From Salpingoeca rosetta (taxonomy: Eukaryota > Protista > Choanoflagellata): a stretch of 40,349 nt of DNA. The translations under genes and the position numbers were made by a program. The notes below the pieces were generated by a model. It saw only the letters and a list, made by a program, of their open reading frames with translations. It did no database searches and had not been told where the DNA came from. Positions 14,269-25,700 of the stretch are shown piece after piece; positions within the stretch are counted from its first letter, which is position 1, and the number at the start of each line of letters is the position of its first letter. The stretch is from NCBI GenBank assembly GCA_033442325.1, contig JAWQFM010000012.1:1706229-1746577 (forward strand). Reading direction: 5' to 3'.

Positions 14269-14368
14269 NNNNNNNNNNNNNNNNNNNNNNNNNNNNNNNN
14301 NNNNNNNNNNNNNNNNNNNNNNNNNNNNNNNNNNNNNNNNNNNNNNNNNNNNNNNNNNNNNNNNNNNN
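14269..14368. other. Assembly gap (100 N, probably unsized)
   Basis: Run of exactly 100 N. Confidence 1.
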
Positions 14369-14476
<108 letters not shown>

Positions 14477-15422
14477 CGCAATATTTCTGTATGTCGTGAG
14501 TCGTACGTACACTTCCAACCCTGATTTCAGTTGTAATGTTCCCTTTTTAATTTTGTGTTGTCGTATTCTACCGTTGTAAATTATGACCCGCTGCATCGAC
14601 CCAAGTGCCTATTTTGCACTCCTGCTCACTCCTACTTGAGAACATGTGGTCGCGTTTTACACCGATGCTGTGCGTTTTTGTCCCATTTGTCCACGTCAGG
14701 TAGGTTACGAAGATTGGCGAAAGGTATCCACATCCGCCACAGCCGCCCCACCCACTCGCCACAAAACACACGCACGCAAGCAAAGCAAAGAACGATCGAG
14801 AATAAATGCTTCGTGTCTGTGGTCGCAAGCAAGCAAGCCAGGCAGAACAAAAAAAAAAGGCAAGCGTCAGGGCGTGGGAAATTTGTTCTCAGGCGCTTCT
14901 TCTGTGTGTGCTGTGCACGCGGGTAAATTATTGTTGCGACGACCCAGCCACCGCCACGCACATTTCCCCCTTGGTTTGCTTTCCTTTTGCTCCTGCCTGC
15001 TTTCTTGCTGCGAGTCGAGGTGAGGCCGACAAAGCAAGAGGCCAGCAAGCAAGCACTGCCACCGCTTGCTTTGCTCGTCAGAGAAGGACACGCGAGCAGT
15101 GGACACGAGCGACACTGCGACCGACAGGCAGAAGGAGGACCCCTTGAACCCTCACCAGCCTTGTGTGAGGCGGCGTTTGAGTGTGGTTGCCAAAACACGG
15201 AGTGCCGAGAGCACTTCAGCAAACACCACGATGATGATGATGAGGACTGAGCAACAGCCTCGTCCTCTTCCTCGTACAAGGAGAAGAAGAAGAACAAGAA
15301 CACGCGCACAGCCCCCTGTTTCCAAGAGGAAGGGGGTGGCACCCACCTGCAGCAACAGCAACAGCAACAGCACCAACGCCAGGAAGACCAGGAGCTTACT
15401 GCTGCGCAACACACCCAAAACA

Positions 15423-16145
15423 ATGAGGCAGACAGCGTGGTTGGTTGGGCTGTCACTGTGTCTCGTCCTGCTGAGCGTGGCTGCAGGCAGCACCTCAACC
15501 AGCAGCATCGGAAGCATTGACAGCAACCACAACCACACAGTGACCGCGCCACCTGCTCCACCAGGGCCGGCTGCCCCCGTTGTTTTGCAAGCGTTCCTCG
15601 ATCGCGAGCAACTTCACGCCGAGAGCAGCAGCCCCGATGCTGCACGCACCGGCACCACATTTGTTGGCACAGATCACGACGCCTTGCACCATGACATGCA
15701 AGGCGACGGCCACCGCCAGCAACAACAACCACAGCAAGGGGCGCACCAGCAATGGGATGCCGAGGACGATGGCAAGCCCCTCCACTTCTCGGACTTTTTC
15801 ACGGTTCACCCGGACCTGTTCTTCGACACGCTGTACCAACAGGAGACGTTTGTCAACACGCGGCCAGGCGGCGCACAGACCCTGTCGCCCAGCCTGCAGG
15901 CCGTGGCAAAGCCTCTCGGCGACATCCAGCGCATCTGCGACGCCTTTGAGAAGCAGCCCAAGAAGAAAGGCGGCATCTTTGTGAGTCGCTGCATGGTGTT
16001 GGTGTGGTTTGTTTGGCGGGCATGCGTTTCTGCTGGGCTGTCCTGGAGTCAAGTACTTTGTTGTTTGTTGCACGAGGAGTGATTTAACCTCTTCATTCTC
16101 ATTACTGTTGACTCACCCCCTTGTTTGATCCATCACCCACCCACC

Positions 16146-16223
<78 letters not shown>

Positions 16224-19200
16224 GATCAAGGATGAAGGTGCCACGAGGCAGGTGACGTCGTGCAAGCAAATGAATGATGAGTTGGACGCTGGAGCAGGCA
16301 TGGTCGTGCGCTTCGAGGATCTCGTGGACTGCCCTGTCAAGGACAACGTGGAGCTGTTGCGGCAGGGCGTGCGCGACGTCTTCGGCACCTACTCCACCGC
16401 GCACGTGTACTACGCCACACAGGACGAGTCACGCGCTCTTCTGCCACACACGGATCCATACGACGTCCTCGTCATCCAGCTCCAGGGCTCGAAGCGCTGG
16501 ACCACATGTGTGCCGGACGCATATGTGAGTGACAGCAACGACGACGACGACGACAGTGCCAACGAGCGCAGCAACGCCAACAGCACGGCGGCCGACCGCC
16601 CGCCCTCCGAGGCAGAGGTGCTCGCCGGCTTCAACGCGGCCCAGCTCGGCCAGCTGCAGGAGATCCGCAGCCAGCGCCAACAGGGATGCACAGGCTATCA
16701 AGACAGCATGCTTCGCGGCATGCGCTGCACCAACTTCACCCTGCGGGAAGGCGACACCATGTACATGCCAAAGGGCATCATCCACTTTGCCCTCACCGAG
16801 GAGCAAGGGTCGTCCCACATCACCATCTCCCTGGAACGCAAGGGCCTCGCCTGGGCCGATGCGCTCATGTACGGCGCCACCGCAGCAGGCAGTGTGCTCC
16901 ACAACCGCCTGTTCCAGACCCGCTTCAAGCAGGCCATGCTCAAGCTGCTTAGCGACTACCGCGGTGTTGAGTTTCTCGAAGCCATGCCCTCGTGGAACCT
17001 TTCCCCGGGCAAGCTGTGCCCACTCGACACCCAGCAGTCACCCTTGCACGACCCAGTCTCGTCTGAGGACCTCCTGCACATGCTTCTCGCGCCCTCAGAT
17101 GCAGCCCCGTATGCGCCCGTCATGGCCGCCGCGGGCCCTCCGCCACACACCACAGACCGAGCTGCCTTTACCGAGCGCTACGATACACTGTGCAGAGCCA
17201 TGACCCCGTTTGTCCATGAAGCGTACCTGGACGCGGGCAACCTGGACGCGTACCTCAACCCGCAGGCCATCATGGCCTTGGTTGACAGCGTGTGCAACGA
17301 CGACACGGCTGAGAGCGTCATCGACAAGCTGTGCGAGGACGGCCGCCTCCCGATTGATGTCACGGCCGCCAAGTTCCGCTCGCAGTCGCAGCAGCAACAA
17401 CGGCAACAGCGGCCGCAACGCCAGCAGCGCCAGCAGCGCCAGCAGCGCGAGGTGCGTGTTGTGTGTGGATGCATGTGAATGTGCGTGTGTGAGTGTGGAT
17501 GCATGTGAATGAGAATGTGAATGTGTGAGCGATTTTGAATGTGTTTTTCAAGGAAGATCACGTGCTCCTCCGTCTTGCATGGACAAGCACCTGTCCTCAT
17601 GATTGTCGCTTCCTGTCTCTTTGTGTTCGACTTTGACAACAGCAATTGCGCCCGCAAAGGCGCCAGCGCGAAGAAGCAGAGCTGTCCCGTGACAAGCGCG
17701 CTGCCGTCGTCACGTACACCTGCTATGGCAGCTGCGACACCGGATGTGATAGGTATGCAAACCATGTGCAAACCATCGAAGTGTCCTTACACGAAACACA
17801 CACACACACGCACATGTGGCCATCGCTCCACACCACACGCCTTGTTTGTTGCGACTCACTCGTGTTTGCATCCATTCCCTCTTCGATTTCTTGACAGTCA
17901 AAGTTGCACACAAAGCTGTGACACCAGCTGCGACAGCGGCTGTGATTCAAGGTTTGATCGGGTTGACATCCGTGTATTTGGACACTTATGTTGTGCATGT
18001 GTGCAGGCAAAAGTTACTGTGTGCCTTGACCCCATACCTTTCGCCTTGCACTGACGCATCCTTGTCACGACACACGCACACATAAACACACACTCAGTTG
18101 CAACCTTTGTGATGACGGATGTGACACGGGGTGTGATTACGGCTGCGACAGCGGCTGCGACTACTACAAGTCAGTTGGCAGTCGCCTGCTCGCTTGGCAC
18201 ATTGTTGGGTGCCTTCGCTGCATCTTAACCTGTGCTCGACCCGTTCTGTGCAACCTCTAGCTCTTCCCTCCCTCACACACACGTATACGCGCACATACAC
18301 ACATACACACACACATGCACGCACGCACACACGCACAACTTACACAGGTGCAACACTGGCTGTGATGACGGTTGTGACACTTGTTACTCCGGCTGTGACT
18401 CATCATGCAATGGTACGCATGGGGCACCAACAGCCTATCGATGCACGTGCTTGTGCCAAAACGCCACAACTCTGAGTTCGGCATTTCCCCACGTAACACG
18501 CACTTGAGATCCTCACGTGCTGTTTGGCTGCTATTGTGCAACATCACACAGGTGGTTGTGACGACTACTGTGATGACTACTGCAACGCTGGCTGCGATTA
18601 CGGGTAAGGAAGCTCGTCTCCATACATTCCAAACACACACACACACACACACACGCTTGTGCAACATGCTGGCGCGAGTCCTGTTTGAGCTTGCACGGCA
18701 ACCCAACACGTGCATGACCTCACACTGTTCACCTGTTGCCGCTCGAATGTTCTTCTGTCCCCTGTTCTTTCTCCTTTGCCGGCTTCTCTTTGCCAGCTGC
18801 GATTATTATTGCGACTCTGGATGCGACTCGTAAGTTCAACATAGACAGGCGTGCGTGGAGCTGTTCGCACGCATCGATGTTGGCCGCTTGCTCGCTTTTT
18901 GTTGTTGTCTTCTCTTCTTCTGTTCCTGTACCTTCTACTGCTGCCCACCGCTCATGAGCTGTCTCACACGTCCGTGACCTTCAGGAGCTGTTCGACGTCC
19001 TGCTCAAGCTGTGATGACAGCTGTGATTCCAGCTGCGTCATTTTTAGCCTTGGATGCGACAGTGAGTGCAGAGCAAATCTCTCTTGTGCTTCCGAGCACC
19101 ATCTGCATATCACACACCGCAAGCGCGTGCTTTTACGCTTGTGATGCCGTTGACTCGTGTGCTTGTGTCGTTAACTCAGCATTCTATCACCAATTGGTTG

Positions 19201-19622
19201 GTTCCATTTGCACCACCATTTACAGGCAGTTGCGACAGCAGCTGTGATTACTGTGTCACCACCTGCGACGACTCCTGCGACACCTCGTGCGACGGAGGCT
19301 GTGGTGCGTTGCTCAAACATGCCACACCATGCATCATTGCCCCAGCCTCCCGTGTTGCACGGCAACGTACAACGGATGGCATTCGTGGTCTAACATTTGG
19401 ACGCATGCGGTGTTTGCCCACATAACTTCAGACGAGGGCTGTGATATCTGCTACAGCGGATGCGACTATGGCTGCGACATCTGCTACGACAGCTGCGATG
19501 ACTGTGCGTTTGTCTTGTGAATTCTTGCTTGCAAATGATAGGCTTGTGAGGTCATTTGCTGGCTTGTCACTGGGAACACGAGCTTGCTACACGGGAGCGC
19601 ACACATCACACACGTTCTCGTT

Positions 19623-19653
<31 letters not shown>

Positions 19654-19657
19654 ACGC

Positions 19658-19743
<86 letters not shown>

Positions 19744-22700
19744 ACGCACACCCACACCCCACATGCACACGCGCGCGCGCTTTCCACTGATGCCTTTGCG
19801 CTTGCCAGATTGCAACGGGAATTGCGACTATGGATGCGACGACTCATGTGCTTGGGTGAGTGATATCGTCAACATGTTCGTCAGTGAGACGACTTTAGCG
19901 CAGTGCCACATGCTTCCTCCTCACTCACATTGTCCTCCGCTCACGATTCCCCGTAAACCCCACATCAACACCGACATTGCTGCAGACATACTGCGACGAC
20001 TACTGTGACGATGGCTGCGGTCAGTTACCACCGACATCCCACCTGGCCTGCCAATGCTTGCAGGCTTGCACATGTCCTGTAAAGTATATTGACTGGCATG
20101 ATGATCGTCTTGTTTTGTGGGTGTGTTGCCAAAATCTCACTCCGTTCAACTCATCCCACCCGATGACCGTGCTCTCGTCGCGTTGTTGACACGCCAACAC
20201 CAACAGACGATTCATGTGGTGAGTGCATGCACCTGCTGAAATGTATTCTCTTCAATCGTGCCCTCTGCTGTTTTTGCTGATGTGCAACAGCCATCACCGC
20301 CTTGCTGACAATTCTTGATTTTCCAATACACAAGCTCACATGCACCAAACTTGCGACGCTCAACTACTCGACTTCCCCTTCTTCCCAACACAGACACTGG
20401 CTGTGACGGCCCATGCGATTCGTAAGATGTGTCGGTCTTGTCTGTTCACTCACATTACATGTTGCTGGCGCGACTTGATGGTCACTGCGACATTGTCCTC
20501 CCCTGCACGATTGATCCATTCACATTCAACACTACTCACTTGTCACAACTCACACTGGTTGTTGTTGGCATCCATGCGTTATTTGCGGTTCATCGTCCTC
20601 AGGGGCTGTGATGACAGCTGCGGTGCGTTCCAACTCCGTTTGCCCTCATTGCGTTGATGGCATTCTACGACAGTACTGTGTCGACCCTATTTGATGTGGC
20701 TCATGCATTGCCTTCGTCTGCTGCACGGCCGCCTTCTCCGCTCACTTTCAATTCATGTTGACGAACCTCCCTTCTTTTCAAATCGCTGTCTGTCATCACA
20801 GATGACTCCTGCGACACGTGCACCCCGATCAGCTGCGACACCGGCTGTGACAGCAGCTGCTACTGCAACCCTNNNNNNNNNNNNNNNNNNNNNNNNNNNN
20901 NNNNNNNNNNNNNNNNNNNNNNNNNNNNNNNNNNNNNNNNNNNNNNNNNNNNNNNNNNNNNNNNNNNNNNNNNNNNNNNNNNNNNNNNNNNNNNNNNNNN
21001 NNNNNNNNNNNNNNNNNNNNNNNNNNNNNNNNNNNNNNNNNNNNNNNNNNNNNNNNNNNNNNNNNNNNNNNNNNNNNNNNNNNNNNNNNNNNNNNNNNNN
21101 NNNNNNNNNNNNNNNNNNNNNNNNNNNNNNNNNNNNNNNNNNNNNNNNNNNNNNNNNNNNNNNNNNNNNNNNNNNNNNNNNNNNNNNNNNNNNNNNNNNN
21201 NNNNNNNNNNNNNNNNNNNNNNNNNNNNNNNNNNNNNNNNNNNNNNNNNNNNNNNNNNNNNNNNNNGGAACAAGCGGCTGCACGTCATGCACCGCTTGTC
21301 CATCTTCCACATACGAGACATCGCCATGCACCTCAACCTCAAACCGAGGGTGCACTCGCTTGACAGTGTGCACGGGCAGCCAGTACGAGAAGACTGCTGC
21401 GACGGCGACGAGCGACCGTGTGTGCCGCGGGCTGACGACGTGCGGTGCTGGGGAGCAGGAGAAGGTGGCGCCGACGGCGAGCAGCGACCGCGTGTGCGAG
21501 GCGTGCCCAGCTGGGACAACGGATGCCAACAGCGACGGCAGCGACGCGTGCGTGACGTGCGGCGGTGGGACGTATGTGCCAGCTGGGTCGACTGGGACTT
21601 GCTCGCAGTACGAGTGCAGCGCGGGCACGGCTGACACGGACAGCAACGCTGGGACGGCGTGCGAGGCGTGCGACGGGACGACGACGTACCAGCCGAGCAA
21701 GGGCCAGGAGCGGTGCCTGAGTGTGAAGACGTGCGGGGCTGGCGAAGAGGAGACGACGTCGCCGAGTGCGACGCGGAACCGGGTGTGTCAGCCGTGCCAG
21801 CTCGGGTCGACGTTCAAGGCGCAGAGCGGACAGAGCACGCGGTGCATTTCTGTGACGACGTGCGGCGCTGGTGAGGAGGAGATTGCTTCGCCGACGCTGT
21901 CCACAGATCGGCAGTGCCGCACGTGTGCCAGTGGGACGTTCAAGGCTGCTGCTGGGCAGAGCACGACATGTATTGCCGTGAGCACGTGTGCTGCTGGCTT
22001 CACGGTACGTCACTGTGTAGTGTGTGTGTGTGTGTTTTGACTGACTGTGTGCATGTGTGTGCATATGTGTGCATATGTGTGCATGTTTGTGAATGAACTT
22101 GGGTTGTACAAGCCGTGCGTGAGTGTGTGCCTGGGTTGTATGTTTGGTTACGATGGCTCACGCGTGGTTGGTGTGATGCGACTGCGATGCAACAATGTGC
22201 TTGTGTGTGCGTGTTTGTGTGTGTGTTTGTAGGAGGATGTTGCTCCGACACCATCGTCTGATCGGGTGTGCGTTGAGTGTGCGCCCGGGACATTTAAGGC
22301 GACTGCTGGCGATGGGACGTGTCGTGCGCACAGGACGTGTGAGGACACCGAGTATGAGACGGTTGCGCCGACGAGCTCGTCTGATCGGAAGTGCAAGGCG
22401 CTGACGGTGTGCCAGGATGACGAGTGGGAGTCCAAGGCACCGACAATAACCACGGACAGAGAGTGCTCTCCTTGCGGCAGGTGTACGGATGGGCTGACAC
22501 TTGACAAGGCATGCACTGATACGTCGCCAACCAAGTGTGTTGGGTGTGACGAGTGTGCGTCCGATGAGTACACGCTTTCGTCATGCACGTTGAGCTCTCA
22601 AACGCAGTGCCGACAGTGCACGACGTGTGGCAACGATGAGTACCAGACGAAGGCTTGCAGCGTGTCGCAGGACACGGAGTGTGCGACGCTGACGACGTGC

Positions 22701-25700
22701 AGCAGCACGCAGTTTGAGGTTGAGGCGCCGACAGCGACGCGTGACCGCCGGTGCAAGGACCTGACGGCGTGCCAGCCTGGGGAGTACGAGTGCACGGCAG
22801 CGACGCTGACGACGGACCGCGAGTGCTGCGGGGTGACGCAGTGTGTGCCGGGCAGCGAGGAGACGTCCGCGCCGACGGCGACGTCTGATCGGGAGTGCCG
22901 GCAGTGTGTTGCGGGCACGACGGATGCTGACGGAAGCGGGACGACGCCCTGTGTTGCGTGCAGTGCCGGGCACTATGTGCCGCGCGGACGCACTGGCGGG
23001 TGTGCGGCGTTTGAGTGCGCGGCGGGCCACGTGGACCAGGACGAGGATGCTGCGACGGCGTGCAAGTTGTGCGAGGCAGGCGTGAACTATGCCGGGAGCG
23101 CTGGGCTGACGAGGTGCACGTCTGTGAGCGAGTGCGGCGCTGGCGAGGAGGAGACGAGCGCGCCGACAGCGTCAACGGACCGGGTGTGCAGCACGTGCGC
23201 GTCTGGCAAGTTCAAGGCGACGACTGGGCAGACGCCGTGCGAGGCTGTGTCGACGTGCGAGGAGGACGAGTACGTGTACCGTGCGGCGACTGTGAGCACG
23301 GACACGCAGTGCCGAGCGCTGACGGCGTGCAGTGATGAGCAGTATGAGACGCGCGCGCCGACAGTGAACAGCGACCGGGAGTGCACGGGGCTGACGACGT
23401 GCGGGAGCGGGGAGTACGAGACGCGTGCGCCGACGGCGACGACGGACCGCAAGTGCGCGAGTGTGACGCAGTGCGACTCGACGCAGTTTGTGGTGTCGAA
23501 GCCGACGGCGACAACGGACCGGGACTGCGCTGAGTGCGACCGGTGCGACAGCGGGACGCAGTATGAGACGGCGACGTGCACGGCGACGACGAACAGGGTG
23601 TGTGCGGACCTGACGGTGTGTGCGGACACGGAGTACGAGTCTGTTGCCGCGACGGACACGAGCGACCGCAAGTGCTCGAGCTGCCGGGAATGCACGTCGT
23701 CTGAGTATCTTGTGTCTGGGTGCAGCGAGAGCGCGAATGCTGTGTGCAAGGCGTGCACTGAGTGCCCAAGCGGGACGTTTGTGTCGACGGCGTGCACGCC
23801 GCTTGCTGATGCCGAGTGCACGGAATGCACGCGGTGCGGGAGCGGGTACTTTGTGCAGTCGCCGTGCACGAGCGAGGCAGACACGACGTGCAAGCGGTGC
23901 CGGTCGTGCGCGAGCGGAGAGTATCTGCACACGGCATGCACGACCCCTTTGCCGATCGCCAATGTGCAACGGTCACACCGTGCTCATATGGGGAGGTTCA
24001 ATTCGCCCCTCCCACCCCCACATCTGATCGGACGTGCGTGACTCCTGATCCTCGCTTGAACGCGACACTGCTCGCTGCAGTTGCGCCGCACGTGCCCGTG
24101 CACGTGACAGTGCAGTCCACGTTTCCGGGCGTTGTTTTGCCGTCCCCCTTTTCATCAGCCGTGTCGTCCCCGTCGTCATACGAGGCCCAGCTGACCGTTG
24201 GCCACACAGGAATGGTATCGGTTCGTGTTGGTGAAGGCTTGGTTGCAAGCGACACTTACACGCTTCCGCTGCGGTCGGCGGCGGCGTTTGCTGCGCGAGT
24301 GCTGAGCGTTGAGCTGACCAGCACGGCGCGCACTGCGAGATTGCTGTACTCTGTACGCGATGACCTTGGAAATGTTGCGTGCTCATCGTCAACAGCAACC
24401 TTTGTGCTGCGGCTTCGCTCCCCCTCCTCCAGTCTGTCTCTGGTCCAAGTGATGAGCGAGTGCACCGCAACGAGCGAGTCGCATGGCGTGTGTGTGGCCG
24501 TGCTCTCCCTTCCCCAAGTGTGGTTTTCGCCTGAATCGCACACGTCGCCCAATGAGGCTATTGTGGATGTTCTTGTCACGAGCGACGCCGTTGTTGCCTC
24601 TGGCGGTGCGGACCTTGACGAGGACGGGTACTCCCAGGTGGGCACGCTGCCGCTGGTTGTGCCAGCCTCATCGGCTTCAGAGGATGTGGAGGATATTCGT
24701 GTGCGTCTGCCAACGCATGCCCTGACGCCGGACCAGCCTGGCGTTGTGAGTGTGTCGAGCTCGTTCGCGTTCACCGCAGAGGTGTTCCGTGTGAAGTGCG
24801 TGTCGAGCCACCCGGATCTTGTTCTGGGCGAGGTGTCGATTGATGACAGCGTGTGGACTTCCCGGGCGTCCAACCTTGACGGGCGGTCGCTGGTTGTTGC
24901 GGGCTTGTTGATGAACGGCCACCGCGTGCCAAACAGCTTTGGCGAGCAGGAGCTCTTCTCGTTTGACGTCGCCCTTGCAGATGGTGTTGACCTGAGCGGT
25001 GGTGCGCCTGGGTTGGCTTCCGCCACCGTGTCTTGCACGACGGAGGAGCTGAGTGACGTGAGTGATGCCGTGCGCATTCCCCGCGGTGCCACATCCTTCC
25101 CGACGAACGTGACAATGAGCGATCGCTTTGGCCAGCACGCCAGTGGCCAGGGTCGTCTGGCTGTGCGCCCAACTGCCACGCGGGCGCTGCTTGCGCACAC
25201 GGAGCGTGCCGTGTTGGTGAACACGGGGCTGCTGACTGGCATCGAGACAAGCACGCAGCTCGTGGTGACCGCATACGATGAGTTTGGTGCCTCGTCCACC
25301 GCCACCCCAACGGAGTGCTCGCTGGACGCTGGTGCTTCGGGCGCCGCCCTGGCAGCGGTGTCTGCGAACTGCGATGCGGTTACGCTGTCTTCTTCGGCCT
25401 CATTGCCCTTTAGCAGCCCCGGCGGACAGGCTGTGGTGACTGTGAGACAAGGCCAGCTTGAGGCCACCACCGTTGTGAGTGTGTACGTGCCAGCGTCTGC
25501 GCCAAGCGTTGCGTTGGATCGCACGAGCCTGCGTGCGTTGGTTCCGCGTGAGGTGTCGCTTGCCTTTGGCGTTCGTGAGCCCTGTGCTGCGGCGACCGTG
25601 TTTGAGCGCACTCGCGTGCACGTTCTGGCCAACTTCACCTGCACAGGCGTGGATGGACAAGCGTGCCTGCCTGCTCTTCCGGGACAGGTGCAACTGGATG

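Noticed and set aside
17700-20872. Regularly spaced similar blocks resembling a CRISPR-like array
   Set aside because: Blocks are not identical, are bounded by AG/GT and splice in frame: coding exons.
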